A DNA stretch of 64,000 nucleotides, taken from positions 1-64,000 of IMG/VR virus record IMGVR_UViG_3300041964_000083; one strand, written 5' to 3'. The position numbers and the translations under genes were made by a program. Numbering within the stretch: the first letter of the stretch is position 1; each line of letters starts with the position of its first letter. The DNA comes from a virus. This document shows, one piece after another, positions 1 to 10,251 of this stretch. The notes below the pieces were generated by a model. The model was not told where the DNA came from and did not search any database. It saw only the letters and a program-made list of their open reading frames with translations.

Positions 1-2
1 CT

Positions 3-503
3 GATGATGGTGAGAGTGGATTTAAAAAAGCTAAAAGGCTCCAACCCGATCTCATCATCTCAGACGTTTTAATGCCCCGCATGAGTGGCTTTGAGCTAGC
101 CAAGGCAATTCGGCAAGAAGAAACGCTAGAACTAACACGATTTGTCTTCCTCACAGCCAAAGCTGAACCAGCGTCAATCCGAGAAGGAATGCGTTATGGG
201 GACGACTATCTAACTAAACCGTTCACTCGACTAGATTTGCTTGAGGTAATTGAAAATCAGCTACAGCGAGCAAAAGCAGTTGCAGAATTTAAAGCCAAAA
301 CCACCAAGGAAATTAAGCTGGAAATCGCTAAAAACTTTGGCGATCGCGTCGGCAACCTACTCAGTGGTGCATTTAACTGCTTCTACGAGCTATATGAAGC
401 AACAACACCCGATGAAAAGACTTTGGCGTACACGGATGGCAAACGAGTGCTAGTTGAATTACTAGCGATCTGGACAATTTACCAAAAGAAACCCAGAAAT
501 TAA
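3..503 (+). CDS. Response regulator receiver-domain protein (5'-truncated by window)
   Basis: Frame is open from window start: LQPDLIISDVLMPRMSGFEL...FVFLTAK...DDYLTKPF, the canonical REC motifs. Confidence 0.85.
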   Translation, partial: DDGESGFKKAKRLQPDLIISDVLMPRMSGFELAKAIRQEETLELTRFVFLTAKAEPASIREGMRYGDDYLTKPFTRLDLLEVIENQLQRAKAVAEFKAKTTKEIKLEIAKNFGDRVGNLLSGAFNCFYELYEATTPDEKTLAYTDGKRVLVELLAIWTIYQKKPRN

Positions 504-659
504 CTATTCCTTTTGATAGATGAATCACAATATTGACGTGACTAGGTACTATATAATACTCCGTATAAATACGTAGAAAACACCAGATATGAGATTTAGT
601 TAAAAAGGCATCTCCGTACAAACAAGGTTGTCTAAAATTAATAAGAAGCTGAAAATGCC

Positions 660-1220
660 TTGTTACAAACCTATTGTCTGTGTGAAATGACCCCACAGGT
701 GCAAATATCGGAAGGGAAACCCGATCGTCAAGTTTTTTTTCAAGGCGCTATGCTTGATATTTATCAGGCTGAAAATCACCTATTTGGTTTTACATACTAC
801 AAATACATGGAATTTTGGGCGATTTTCAACGTAGACCCCATATACTTATCCGCTGAAGTTGCACTCCGATATGCAAAACTCTACGCAATTAAGGCAAATG
901 TAACAGAAGATACAAAATCAATAAAATTTGCCGTTGATTCTAAAACCGACGAAATATTGCACCAAAGTCCGCCAGCTAAAAAAACTTTTGGCAAAGCTCA
1001 AGGTTATGCCGCGCAAGAACTTTATCTAAACCATTGCGATCGCGCAACTATCCGAAAAAAAACACTCTTAACTGGCAAAACTTGTGATCAGGTTTTATTG
1101 CAAAGTCTAGATGGCAAGCAGCTTTACGGAACTATTGAGATAGAAGTAATGACAATAGATAGCAGTACGGTACTATCTATAGAAACGTTTACACTCGGTT
1201 TGGATTCCCGTTTTCACTGA
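660..1220 (+). CDS. Hypothetical protein
   Basis: 186-aa ORF, no motif recognised; start uncertain. Confidence 0.5.
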   Translation: MLQTYCLCEMTPQVQISEGKPDRQVFFQGAMLDIYQAENHLFGFTYYKYMEFWAIFNVDPIYLSAEVALRYAKLYAIKANVTEDTKSIKFAVDSKTDEILHQSPPAKKTFGKAQGYAAQELYLNHCDRATIRKKTLLTGKTCDQVLLQSLDGKQLYGTIEIEVMTIDSSTVLSIETFTLGLDSRFH

Positions 1221-2073
1221 GCGATCGCTTAAACGTTTCAACGCGATCTTTAAATGTTCGGTTTGTTAAACCCACGAGTTGGTCACCACGCCAACCTGTG
1301 GGTTCAAAGCATATCACAGCCATAGCGTTCCACTCAGGCGTAAACAAACGATGCCCGTAAGTTTCACCAATCGTACCTTCTGCTGCGGCTTCAACAGCCA
1401 AAATGCTATACGTTCCTAGATGTACGCCCTGCCGCTCTGCAATCTCGTCTAAATCAAGATTTTCATTTGCTATGCGACTATGTTTCTCTTGTGATGCAAT
1501 TAATAAAATCCGCAGACGTTTAGCCATATGAGGGGATAAGCCTTCCCCTATAGAACTAGCCATCAACCTATCCTCGCCATCTAATACATTAGTAGTAGAG
1601 GATACAGCATGAAATCGCTTGCTATTCTTCTGTGAAGAAAAATTTCCCACTTCTAAGGCGCGATCGCGCAACAAAAGTGCTAAAACCGTGTCTTTTTCTC
1701 TTTCGTCTAATGAATGAAATATATTGTAAACTTCGTCAGGTGTAGAAGCTTTAGGTTTTATGGACAGCAAGTCTCTAAGAGAGATAACGCCTGTTAGGTA
1801 ATCAGATAAGTCCTGCTCTTTGACTTTCAGTAGATTTTTAGCGATAGATCTCAAGTTACCCGGCTGCGGCATTGAAGCGCCATCTCGCCACTCATAGAAG
1901 GTTTTGCGCGATACTCCGATGCATTTAGCAATATCTTCCACCCGCATCGGTGGGCGAACAACCTTCCCTTCTATTCCACCAAGTTGAATGGTTTTAAATA
2001 GGTTACTCAGTCGCTGAAGATTATTATCCGAAGTTTCTATCTGCACTTTGCGTCGAGCCACAGCTATATTCAT
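1189..2073 (-). CDS. XRE-family HTH regulator (candidate repressor)
   Basis: MRVEDIAKCIGVSRKTFYEWRDGASMP HTH; divergent from the replication operon. Confidence 0.75.
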   Translation of the reverse strand: MNIAVARRKVQIETSDNNLQRLSNLFKTIQLGGIEGKVVRPPMRVEDIAKCIGVSRKTFYEWRDGASMPQPGNLRSIAKNLLKVKEQDLSDYLTGVISLRDLLSIKPKASTPDEVYNIFHSLDEREKDTVLALLLRDRALEVGNFSSQKNSKRFHAVSSTTNVLDGEDRLMASSIGEGLSPHMAKRLRILLIASQEKHSRIANENLDLDEIAERQGVHLGTYSILAVEAAAEGTIGETYGHRLFTPEWNAMAVICFEPTGWRGDQLVGLTNRTFKDRVETFKRSLSENGNPNRV

Positions 2074-2144
2074 TTATTGTACCAAACACATATATATCTA
2101 CACGTTTTGATGGTACGGCATCGCTCAGTAGTTGCAACAATTTT

Positions 2145-2180
2145 GTTACCTCTGTGACGAGCAAATATCACAAAGGTAAC
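2145..2180. promoter_or_regulatory. Inverted repeat in divergent intergenic region (candidate operator)
   Basis: GTTACCTCTGTGA-N10-TCACAAAGGTAAC, one mismatch. Confidence 0.4.
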
Positions 2181-2329
2181 GTACAATTTTGAAGTAAGTT
2201 TAAATCTACCAAACGCCTACTATGGCGCAGTTTTTGCGCGGGAATGACTTAAAGGTATTGAGGTTTATTGCCTCACATCCTCAAGTTCAAGCCCGATAGA
2301 GCATCAAACAACACACAACACATTGTAGC

Positions 2330-2785
2330 ATGACCACTACAACATCAAAATACGTAGCAGAACTACTTAACCCAGAGTCGTTTGAAGGGTTATTAGAACG
2401 GTTACTTAAGCGCGACCCAGAATTTATCAAAAGAAATTGGGATTCAGGTACATACCAGATTCGGTTAAACGACTATTGGATGGTGGTTTCTGGCAACAAT
2501 CCAGACGATTTTGATTTCATGCGCTTAGACCGTGCAATCCGATCGCGCATTAATGAAAGAGGCTGGAAATACGGGCTAGGAATAATGTCGGGCGTGGCTT
2601 TAAATAGTCAATTAGCACGTATCTATATCCCTGGAAACGATGATTTAAATCCAATGATGCCAAGAGCTTTATGGATATGGGAGAGCCATAGCACAGAAGA
2701 TGCGATCGCACTCCTTAGGGCCTACGTAAAAGCAGTAGAAACAATATCGGAATCAAAAAATGCTGATACAACAGAAGCAGCATAA
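2330..2785 (+). CDS. Hypothetical phage protein
   Basis: First ORF of long rightward operon; overlaps next gene. Confidence 0.6.
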   Translation: MTTTTSKYVAELLNPESFEGLLERLLKRDPEFIKRNWDSGTYQIRLNDYWMVVSGNNPDDFDFMRLDRAIRSRINERGWKYGLGIMSGVALNSQLARIYIPGNDDLNPMMPRALWIWESHSTEDAIALLRAYVKAVETISESKNADTTEAA

Positions 2786-4169
2786 GTACACCGCACTCCA
2801 TAAACCCAACCAGCTTATTTATGGTACGGGAACGGTTGTGGTTGTGACAGGTTGGACGCCTAAAGAACGGGTAGCGAAGTTGCTCAAACCAGAGCAGTAT
2901 GCTGTAATCGGTAACCTTTACTCACCTGCGGGTGTTGACTTAATTGTTCGCAATGTCCTTAACAATCCCCATGTCACAGGATTGCTAATTATTGACGCCA
3001 CTCAGCAGGATAAAGCATCAGGGGCGATAGAAGCGTTGATTCAGTTCCTTGCGGGTGCAGAAAATGTTGGAAACGATATTGCACCTTCAGACATTGAGCG
3101 TGTACAGAGAATGCGATGGACAGCTCTTTTTGGTTTAGACCGCTCACAACTACGCGATCGCATAGACTTACTAGAAAATAACAAACCCCTTGGTGGGGAA
3201 CCCAAGGTTTGCCCAATCCCTGAAATTAAAAGCAATATCGTTCCTAGTCCTTTGTATGGACATCGGGTGGAAGGAGCGACAATTGCCGAGACTTGGGTAA
3301 AAATATTGCATCGTATCCGTACTGGTGGCGTGCTACGACCAACAGGTTATGACGGGCAATGGCAAGAGCTGATTGATTTGATGGCTGTGGTTACAGATGA
3401 ACCGGAGGAGTTTTATTTTCCCGAACCAAACTACTTACCCTGCGATCGCGAGTTCATAAAAAACTACATTCCATCAATTCTTGAAGATGCACCCTATATA
3501 CAAGGAGTAAAGTACACATACGGACAACGGTTGCGATCGCATTTTGGCTACGACCAAGTTGAGCAGGTCGTGCAGAAATTAGCAGGTGAGATCGACGCCG
3601 CTAGTGCCGTTATGAGTTTATGGGATGCGGCTGATCATGAACGGGGTGGCAGTCCTTGCTTAAATCAAGTTTGGGTGCGAGTGGTTAATGGTGAATTATC
3701 CCTGACTGCCGTATTGCGCTCAAACGATATGTTTAACGCTTGGGCATCCAATGCTTTTGGTCTAAGAGCACTACAGATGCACATCCGAGAGCGTATCGAG
3801 TGTGAAACCAATCAAACGTTCACGCTTGGTCCACTCATCACCCTCTCTCAATCCGCGCATTTATACGACCATTCATTTGCATACGCCGATGAAGTGGTGC
3901 AAGAGTACTACGGCAAGGCTCCAAAAACATACTCAGACCCTGTGGGGAACTACCTAATTGAAGTGGTGGAAAACCAAATCAAAGTTTCTCGAATGGACGC
4001 GACAGGTAACACGGTGCGGGAATACGTTGGGCGAAATGTTGCGGCGTTGCAAGATGCGATCGCACTTGATGCTCCAGCCATGCAGGTTCAACACGCCATG
4101 TATTTAGGCTCTCAACTTGACAAAGCTTGGAATGCATTGCGATACAACGAAAAATTCATACAGGGGTAA
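2760..4169 (+). CDS. thyA: Thymidylate synthase with extra N-terminal (MtrA-like) and C-terminal (DUF4346-like) domains
   Basis: YTYGQRL, SPCL catalytic Cys, RSNDMFNAWASN, SAHLY; N-terminal GWTPKE..YAVIGNLYS; C-terminal DPVGNY..HAMYLG. Confidence 0.85.
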   Translation: MLIQQKQHKYTALHKPNQLIYGTGTVVVVTGWTPKERVAKLLKPEQYAVIGNLYSPAGVDLIVRNVLNNPHVTGLLIIDATQQDKASGAIEALIQFLAGAENVGNDIAPSDIERVQRMRWTALFGLDRSQLRDRIDLLENNKPLGGEPKVCPIPEIKSNIVPSPLYGHRVEGATIAETWVKILHRIRTGGVLRPTGYDGQWQELIDLMAVVTDEPEEFYFPEPNYLPCDREFIKNYIPSILEDAPYIQGVKYTYGQRLRSHFGYDQVEQVVQKLAGEIDAASAVMSLWDAADHERGGSPCLNQVWVRVVNGELSLTAVLRSNDMFNAWASNAFGLRALQMHIRERIECETNQTFTLGPLITLSQSAHLYDHSFAYADEVVQEYYGKAPKTYSDPVGNYLIEVVENQIKVSRMDATGNTVREYVGRNVAALQDAIALDAPAMQVQHAMYLGSQLDKAWNALRYNEKFIQG

Positions 4170-4171
4170 AT

Positions 4172-4441
4172 ATGCAAGTTGAATTCACAAACCTTATCAG
4201 AGCTGTCTGTGACGATGATGTTCACGCAATAACTAAAGCAACAAACGATATTTTTGACGCAAATTATTTAACGCATGGTGATTGCATGGAAGGACACCAA
4301 GAAGCAAAAAAAGACTTACAAGACATTAAGGCTGGATTAATAGAAGCTGGACTGACCGAAGAAGCTGATTCTTTCAGACGCACTCTTGATGGACAAATGG
4401 ATATTCGTTTAGACAGTGGCGGTTACAACAAACGCTATTGA
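4172..4441 (+). CDS. Hypothetical protein
   Basis: ATG immediately after thyA stop. Confidence 0.55.
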   Translation: MQVEFTNLIRAVCDDDVHAITKATNDIFDANYLTHGDCMEGHQEAKKDLQDIKAGLIEAGLTEEADSFRRTLDGQMDIRLDSGGYNKRY

Positions 4442-4480
4442 CATTACTGTCCATCTAGTTCATGTAAAAGGTTAAAAACA

Positions 4481-5836
4481 TTGATACAAGTTCCGAAATA
4501 CTTAAGCGTCACGGGACGCATTGAAGATTGGTTGAAGAATCCAGAAAGTAGACTTCCTGTATCTTGCACTGTACTTGAAGTTAAAGACTCGATGGAAGGT
4601 CGAGACGGAATTGAAGATAGCTGGTTATTTACTAGCAAAGCACTACGCTATGCCGCAGGAGTTGCACTGGAGCTATCCAACATCCGACCCAAAGGGTTAA
4701 GTAATGGTCGGGGACTTGTCGCATCGGGTCCTGTAAGTTTCTGTCAGATGTATTCTAAGCTCAACGAAATACTGCGTCGGGGTGGAATATATAAAAATGG
4801 CGCTATCACCACTTACCTTGACTACCTCCACCCAGATGCTGCCGAATACCTCAATGCCACACGCAATGAGTTGCCGTGGGTGAAGAGAGCATTGTATGTT
4901 GACAAAGATTTTTTAACATCGCCCTTGTTTCCGGTCATTAAAGCCAAAGTTGACGATGGGACGGTGTGGTTGGCTAAAAAAAAGTGGGATAAAAACGGTA
5001 ATCGCCTATTCTCCCAAGTTTGTTTAGAAATACTACTGCGATCTCGTGGTACGTGCCTACTCGTCCACGTAAATTTAGGAAAAACACCCATCTCGAAAAT
5101 TCCAGAAGCGTTTAAAACAGGGATGCAGTTTTTATGTGAGATTCATAGTCGAACCGGTGTTGGTGAATCTGGCATTTACCTTTCACCTGAAGAAGACCGT
5201 CAGGTGGGATTGGGTGTACTGGGTCTTGCCAATTTACTAGCCATTGAAGGTGTATCTTACATTGAGTTAGTTGAAGCGATGGAGCAAGTTCTGTCTCCAC
5301 ACCATCACGCCTACACTGGAACAAAAACTGAAGAAATTGCCTTTGCGCTATTTGAAGGGTTCTATCAAGCCGCCAATGTTGCGCGATTTTATGGAATGGA
5401 ACGCGCCTTTACAATCGCGCCAACCGCCAGTTGTTCCTATCGATACCGAGACAGAGAAGGCTACACCACCGCGCCAGAGATTTCCCCTCCCAACTGCCAT
5501 CCGGTTACCAAAGAGGTAGACCGTGACTCCGGTACGTTTGGCGTGATGACGTACCAGTACCACCCTGACACCGAAACAGCCGCATCTGTTGAATGGGATA
5601 CCCAATGGCGGTTACTTAATGTGTGGCAGCGCTATATGGAAAGTACAGGATTGGCGCACTCCATCAGTGCCAATATCTGGGATAAGCAACCTGTTGATGA
5701 TAATTTTCTAAGCGATTGGTGGGAATCAGACCTTGTTACCACCTATTACCGATTAGTCACACAGCAAGCCGCTGTGGACAAAAGTACGGTTTGGAATCAG
5801 TGCGACGAAAACGTTTGTATAGCCTGTGCAGAGTGA
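4481..5836 (+). CDS. Minimal ribonucleotide reductase catalytic subunit (cyanophage class O-slash / Cyano SP type)
   Basis: RLPVSCT, ASGPVSF, RRGGIYKNGA, QVCLE finger loop, RGTCLL, IAPTASCS, C-terminal CIACAE; only 451 aa. Confidence 0.88.
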   Translation: MIQVPKYLSVTGRIEDWLKNPESRLPVSCTVLEVKDSMEGRDGIEDSWLFTSKALRYAAGVALELSNIRPKGLSNGRGLVASGPVSFCQMYSKLNEILRRGGIYKNGAITTYLDYLHPDAAEYLNATRNELPWVKRALYVDKDFLTSPLFPVIKAKVDDGTVWLAKKKWDKNGNRLFSQVCLEILLRSRGTCLLVHVNLGKTPISKIPEAFKTGMQFLCEIHSRTGVGESGIYLSPEEDRQVGLGVLGLANLLAIEGVSYIELVEAMEQVLSPHHHAYTGTKTEEIAFALFEGFYQAANVARFYGMERAFTIAPTASCSYRYRDREGYTTAPEISPPNCHPVTKEVDRDSGTFGVMTYQYHPDTETAASVEWDTQWRLLNVWQRYMESTGLAHSISANIWDKQPVDDNFLSDWWESDLVTTYYRLVTQQAAVDKSTVWNQCDENVCIACAE

Positions 5837-5843
5837 TAAAGAG

Positions 5844-6566
5844 ATGTCAGTTTACAGTAATTTAGCAGCAAAAAAGCGGTTATGGTCCCCGACGATGGGC
5901 GACAAACAGCCAGTGATGCCAGGTAGTGAGGGCACAATCGGTCGGTGTTTGGCACTGCGGGTGTTGGAGATTCCTGTGGGAAATTGGGTAATCGACACCG
6001 AAGCCCAAGAATTAGGCAAACTACACCCGGATGCGATCGCGCTTCTTAAGTCCAATGCCGAGGATGAAATAAAACACGATAGGTTGCTCGAAATGGCGGC
6101 AACAACCTACCAATTAACCACACCTACAGATCAAGAAGAGGCGTATGCGATCGCTTCAGAATGGTTAGTACACCCAGACCATCCCATCGTCAAAGCATAC
6201 GTGTTGGAGAATGCCATTTTCTTCGTTATCCTGCCAATACTCCGTCGATTCGGTGGACAAGGGTTAAGAAACGCGGCATTTGATATCAGTTCAGACGAAA
6301 GCATCCACGCGCCATGTAATCGCTTAGTAGCACAGGAATTGAAGTACAGTTTTAGCCAAAGTTTAGATGCTTTGCGCGATCGCACCGTCCGATTTTTGGT
6401 ACGTGACCTCAACGCACAAGGAAAACTCGGTTTACCTCAAGTTTGGATAGACGCCTCAGAAAACCTTCTACACAAAGGGTTTGCCCCGCAACTCGAAGAA
6501 ACCAAAAACTACATCATGCCCGCATTCTTCGAGTCCCATGCCGCCGACTTACCTCAATATTCATAA
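5844..6566 (+). CDS. Ferritin-like RNR small (beta) subunit
   Basis: LE..., DEIKH, LENAIFF, DESIH carboxylate/His metal ligands; directly after the RNR large subunit. Confidence 0.8.
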   Translation: MSVYSNLAAKKRLWSPTMGDKQPVMPGSEGTIGRCLALRVLEIPVGNWVIDTEAQELGKLHPDAIALLKSNAEDEIKHDRLLEMAATTYQLTTPTDQEEAYAIASEWLVHPDHPIVKAYVLENAIFFVILPILRRFGGQGLRNAAFDISSDESIHAPCNRLVAQELKYSFSQSLDALRDRTVRFLVRDLNAQGKLGLPQVWIDASENLLHKGFAPQLEETKNYIMPAFFESHAADLPQYS

Positions 6567-6569
6567 GCC

Positions 6570-7028
6570 ATGCTACTCAAATATATCCATCAACTTAGTG
6601 AATTTCTTGCTCGAAAAGACAGGAAGCGTACCATTTTGGATAGAGAAGAGAAAAGCGTCTACCTAGAGCGCTATTACCTACTTTGGGGTAGCAATCAAGG
6701 TGACTATACTCGTCCAAAGTGGTGTCCTATCAATGTCATGCTGCACCACCTATGTCGTTCAGACGAAGACGAACTACATGACCACCCTTGGTGGAACTGT
6801 AGCTTAATTCTGACAGGCGGCTATTGGGAAACCACACCCAAAGGGCGGTTCTGGCGTCCTCCTGGAACCATCTTATTTAGACGAGCTATATCCCAACATC
6901 GATTAGAGATTGACCCAGCTAAAGGCGAAGTGTGCACTTTGTTCGCGATCGGTCCACGCATCCGCGATTGGGGATTTATCGCATCTGGTCGTTGGGTGCA
7001 ATGGCAGCAACACCTTACTCAGAAATGA
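6570..7028 (+). CDS. Cupin-fold phage protein
   Basis: LHDHPW..SLILTGGYWE...HRLE...GPR..WGF pattern. Confidence 0.7.
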   Translation: MLLKYIHQLSEFLARKDRKRTILDREEKSVYLERYYLLWGSNQGDYTRPKWCPINVMLHHLCRSDEDELHDHPWWNCSLILTGGYWETTPKGRFWRPPGTILFRRAISQHRLEIDPAKGEVCTLFAIGPRIRDWGFIASGRWVQWQQHLTQK

Positions 7029-7073
7029 CATCGTTTCGATGTCATTTAACATTTCGCAACAAAGGGAGAAATT

Positions 7074-7373
7074 GTGGCTGAAACTTGGAAAGCTGTCAAT
7101 CACGCTTACTTCAGTCTATCGGAGGAAGGGCGCGAAAAAGTGAAAGAGGTTGCGATCGCGTACATCGCTCACCTTCCCGAACGTTGCCCTAATCCAAAAC
7201 TCTTCAACGTTACTTGTCCAAATCCGATGTGTGCGTCACTTCTTCCGATACTTGAAACAGAACAAGGTGAAAGTATCTGTAGCTGCCGTAGTTACAATGT
7301 CTGGGTTGCGTGGAGAAACAATAAACCCATTGTGGGGTTGCTTAGTCCTGTTATTCACGACGAAGAAACATGA
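7074..7373 (+). CDS. Hypothetical Cys-rich protein
   Basis: CPNPMC...CSC; stop overlaps next start. Confidence 0.5.
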   Translation: MAETWKAVNHAYFSLSEEGREKVKEVAIAYIAHLPERCPNPKLFNVTCPNPMCASLLPILETEQGESICSCRSYNVWVAWRNNKPIVGLLSPVIHDEET

Positions 7374-7852
7374 CACAGCTAAGTTTAGACTTTGCGCGAT
7401 CGCCTATCCCCAACTATCCAAAGTACACGATTGACCGCAACGGAACAGTTTACGGAATTAGCGGAAAGCCTTTAATCGGTGACACAACAGATGGCTACCG
7501 CAAAGTGAAGCTTGGTAATAAGTGGGAGTACGTCCACCGATTAGTTCTCCTAACCTTTGTTGGGGAATGCCCGCTAGGGTTTCAAGCGTGTCATAGGAAT
7601 AGCGATCGCACGGACAATCGACTCTCAAATTTGGTTTGGGGTACTCGCAAACGAAATGCTAACGACAGGAAGAAAATAGGAAACTACACCTGCAAAGGGT
7701 TGTCAGCAACGGAAAAACAACGCGCTCAGTACTTGTATGAGCAAGGCTACTCATATCAACAACTAATGAAGGAATTTGATGTAGATGGTCGCACATTGCG
7801 TAGATACGGAAAGCGTTACAACTGGCAACGACAAGCCACAGAAGCCGCTTAA
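7370..7852 (+). CDS. HNH homing endonuclease-like protein with C-terminal HTH
   Basis: VHRLVLLTF...ACHRNSDRTDNRLSNLVWGTRKRN. Confidence 0.85.
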   Translation: MTQLSLDFARSPIPNYPKYTIDRNGTVYGISGKPLIGDTTDGYRKVKLGNKWEYVHRLVLLTFVGECPLGFQACHRNSDRTDNRLSNLVWGTRKRNANDRKKIGNYTCKGLSATEKQRAQYLYEQGYSYQQLMKEFDVDGRTLRRYGKRYNWQRQATEAA

Positions 7853-8077
7853 AGCCAACAAAAGAGCAAGACTCGTTCGTCACATCGAAAAGCACCCACG
7901 ATTGTCACCAGGTCAAAAAGAGCAGGCGCTGTACTTTCTGTTGTCGCCTAGCTATTCAAAAGACGGATACGCGATCGCAAAACGATACTGCCAACTTTGC
8001 CTCAACCCCAAATACACCACTCGTGGCACGGCTTGGCATGGGGAAAAGATGAAAGACAAGCATCCAGGTCTTTGGAT

Positions 8078-8098
8078 TTGACAACTAAACGTTGTCAA
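8078..8098. repeat. Dispersed palindrome TGACAAC-N5-GTTGTCA, copy 1
   Basis: TTGACAACTAAACGTTGTCAA; other copies at 8661, 21284, 21521, 22180, 28220, 37246, 54626. Confidence 0.8.
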
Positions 8099-8201
8099 CT
8101 GGATTTCAACTTCTTGAGTTTTGGTTCAAGGGATTGGTAGAATTTCCGTCGTCTGCAATGTCACGAAAGTAACATAAAGCTATTTCATTTGAAAAAAAAC
8201 A

Positions 8202-8663
8202 ATGAGTGAAACAATGCTAATCCACAAAATCAAAATCACCAAAGTAGGCGTCAGCTTAACCTACGACGACCCCACATTCTCAGCCGAACCGGATGGGGTG
8301 GCGCGGGAAGGAAAGGGGGATGCACGCCCAAGCTTCTACAAGGCAATGAACGCGCTGATCGATGATGTTATTAACCTCTGTCTCCTCGATGCTGATGGTT
8401 GGGAGGACGCCGAAGTTACAGGTGTTACATTGAAACATCTTGAAGGGGATATCGGTTGCGTCATCACCGCTCAAAACAAATCTGAGCGAGTATCATCACC
8501 CATCATCATCAACACGCCATACCTCGACCCATCGTTAGTCTCCAAAGAGTTAAGAGTGAAATTGGAAACTATACAAGACGAAGCAAGGGATTATTTAGCG
8601 GGCAAACGCGCTCAAGCTAGTTTGTTTGATTCTGAACCTGTTCAGGAATTGAGTTTGGTTTGA
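8202..8663 (+). CDS. Conserved-type phage hypothetical protein
   Basis: Ends EARDYLAGKRAQASLF, resembling a clamp-binding QxxLF motif. Confidence 0.65.
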   Translation: MSETMLIHKIKITKVGVSLTYDDPTFSAEPDGVAREGKGDARPSFYKAMNALIDDVINLCLLDADGWEDAEVTGVTLKHLEGDIGCVITAQNKSERVSSPIIINTPYLDPSLVSKELRVKLETIQDEARDYLAGKRAQASLFDSEPVQELSLV

Positions 8664-8716
8664 CAACGATTAGTTGTCATTGAGATTAAAAAGGAGCAGA
8701 TTCGGTTTGCTCCTTT
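8661..8716 (+). terminator. Palindrome copy 2 followed by intrinsic terminator
   Basis: TGACAACGATTAGTTGTCA then AAAGGAGCAGA-ttcggt-TTGCTCCTTT hairpin. Confidence 0.6.
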
Positions 8717-8793
8717 GCTTTCAAAAATTCCTAGGTACACACTCGTTAGTCTACACGTTGTTGTTTTAATTGTGCGATCGCGTTACTTTAGCC

Positions 8794-9372
8794 ATGATTA
8801 TTGCTCGTGTCGAAGAATCGAAAAGAGGAAATTGGTTTGGTCCCGTTGTCGCCATAGCTTCTATCCCCTACGACGAGAACAGTCGCGAACTCGTTGGGCT
8901 ACTTAAAGGGCGCAAAGGACAGCTGCGGGATTCCAAAAAGCTATCTAAGAGTACTCGACAGAAACTATTGCCTCAAATTCAAAACTCTATTATTTGGCGA
9001 ATCGGCTATGCCACGACGTTTGAGATAGAACTAGATGGCATTTATTTTGCGTGGTGTATGGCTTGCGTCAGAGCCGTTAAAAAGCTCCCTGTCAAACCAG
9101 ATCGGCTAATCATCGACGGTTCGCAAACAATCCCTTACCTAACTATCCCACAAACCACCCTAGTAGATGGAGATAGACGGGATTTTTGCCTTGCAGCTTC
9201 AAGCGTGATCGTCAAAGAGTGGTCTGACGCTTTGGTGGAGCGGTTAGGAAAGCGATACCCACACCAACTAGCCAAGCACCACGGCTACGGAACCGAACTG
9301 CATCGACAAGAGTTAGCCCAACACGGGTTAACACCCCAGCACCGCGCTAGTTTTTGTAAGCGATATGTTTGA
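8794..9372 (+). CDS. rnhB: Ribonuclease HII-like protein (first motif diverged)
   Basis: VEESKRG..FGPVV, LRDSKKLS, IIDG, DGD..AASSVIVK, KHHGYGT..H, HRASF. Confidence 0.8.
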   Translation: MIIARVEESKRGNWFGPVVAIASIPYDENSRELVGLLKGRKGQLRDSKKLSKSTRQKLLPQIQNSIIWRIGYATTFEIELDGIYFAWCMACVRAVKKLPVKPDRLIIDGSQTIPYLTIPQTTLVDGDRRDFCLAASSVIVKEWSDALVERLGKRYPHQLAKHHGYGTELHRQELAQHGLTPQHRASFCKRYV

Positions 9373-9384
9373 TTTTGTAGATGA

Positions 9385-9663
9385 TCAATGTACATTTTCG
9401 TTTTTGGGTGGGGATGTCGCCTTGTATGCTGCCAGCATCTCCTCTAGCATTTCTCTTCTAATCTCTAGTTCTGGATGGTCTAGGAGAAAACCAATGTATT
9501 CTCGAAGAATGTCGGATTTTGTTTGGTTTACGCGATCGCACAAGTCTGTAAACTCCTCTAGCAACTTGGGTTCAAGCCAAATCGCCATCTGCTTCGACTT
9601 AATACGTTTTTTTGAATTACTTTTTCTAGACTTGGGATCTGGCAACTTGCGCTGTTTACACAC
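9385..9663 (-). CDS. Ribbon-helix-helix (CopG-like) regulator
   Basis: QMAIWLEPKLLEEFTDLC..TKSDILREYI pattern. Confidence 0.6.
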   Translation of the reverse strand: MCKQRKLPDPKSRKSNSKKRIKSKQMAIWLEPKLLEEFTDLCDRVNQTKSDILREYIGFLLDHPELEIRREMLEEMLAAYKATSPPKNENVH

Positions 9664-9780
9664 TAAGGTTACAATTCAGACAAGGAAGTTTTTCGCCACA
9701 AACATGGCGAAACACCTCTGCCAGGAGGTGTCCCCAAGTCGCTATAAATTTACTAAGCTACCAAGTAGCTACCGTTAATC

Positions 9781-10251
9781 ATGAGTATACAGCCTGATGT
9801 ACCCCCAGTGCAAGGGGTATCAAGTTTTCCTAGACCATTCGATGTCGTTTTAGGTGGCAACCCGCTACAAGCTACTATTCGACTAACCCAAACAAAGATT
9901 GAGACATCAAGAGGCAAGATATCCACGCCTGCGATCGCGATAGATCAGCTTGTTGTCAACCCAAATTTTATAGACGGCAAAGAGTGTTGGACAGTTACAC
10001 ACGCTAGGACAGGATTCTTGGTAATCAAAAGAACCAATGCGTTTGATACTGTTCTAGGTGCGTTACACGCTGCGATCGCGCTGGAGAAACTGGATTGGTC
10101 TTGGATTCCAGACAGCGTACCTATTAGAGACATGAAAGGTGTAGCCCCCAAACCACCTAGAGGTTTAATCAAACAAATAAAGGCAATTGTCCGTAACGCC
10201 CAAAACTATGAAAAAACTGCTATGGAAAGTTTAAAAGAGGTGCTGCAATGA
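9781..10251 (+). CDS. Hypothetical protein
   Basis: 156-aa ORF overlapping next start. Confidence 0.55.
   Translation: MSIQPDVPPVQGVSSFPRPFDVVLGGNPLQATIRLTQTKIETSRGKISTPAIAIDQLVVNPNFIDGKECWTVTHARTGFLVIKRTNAFDTVLGALHAAIALEKLDWSWIPDSVPIRDMKGVAPKPPRGLIKQIKAIVRNAQNYEKTAMESLKEVLQ

Noticed and set aside
2760-4169. dCMP hydroxymethylase / base hypermodification pathway
   Set aside because: The specificity residue is Asn (AWASN), as in dUMP-using ThyA, and no glycosyltransferase or kinase neighbours are present
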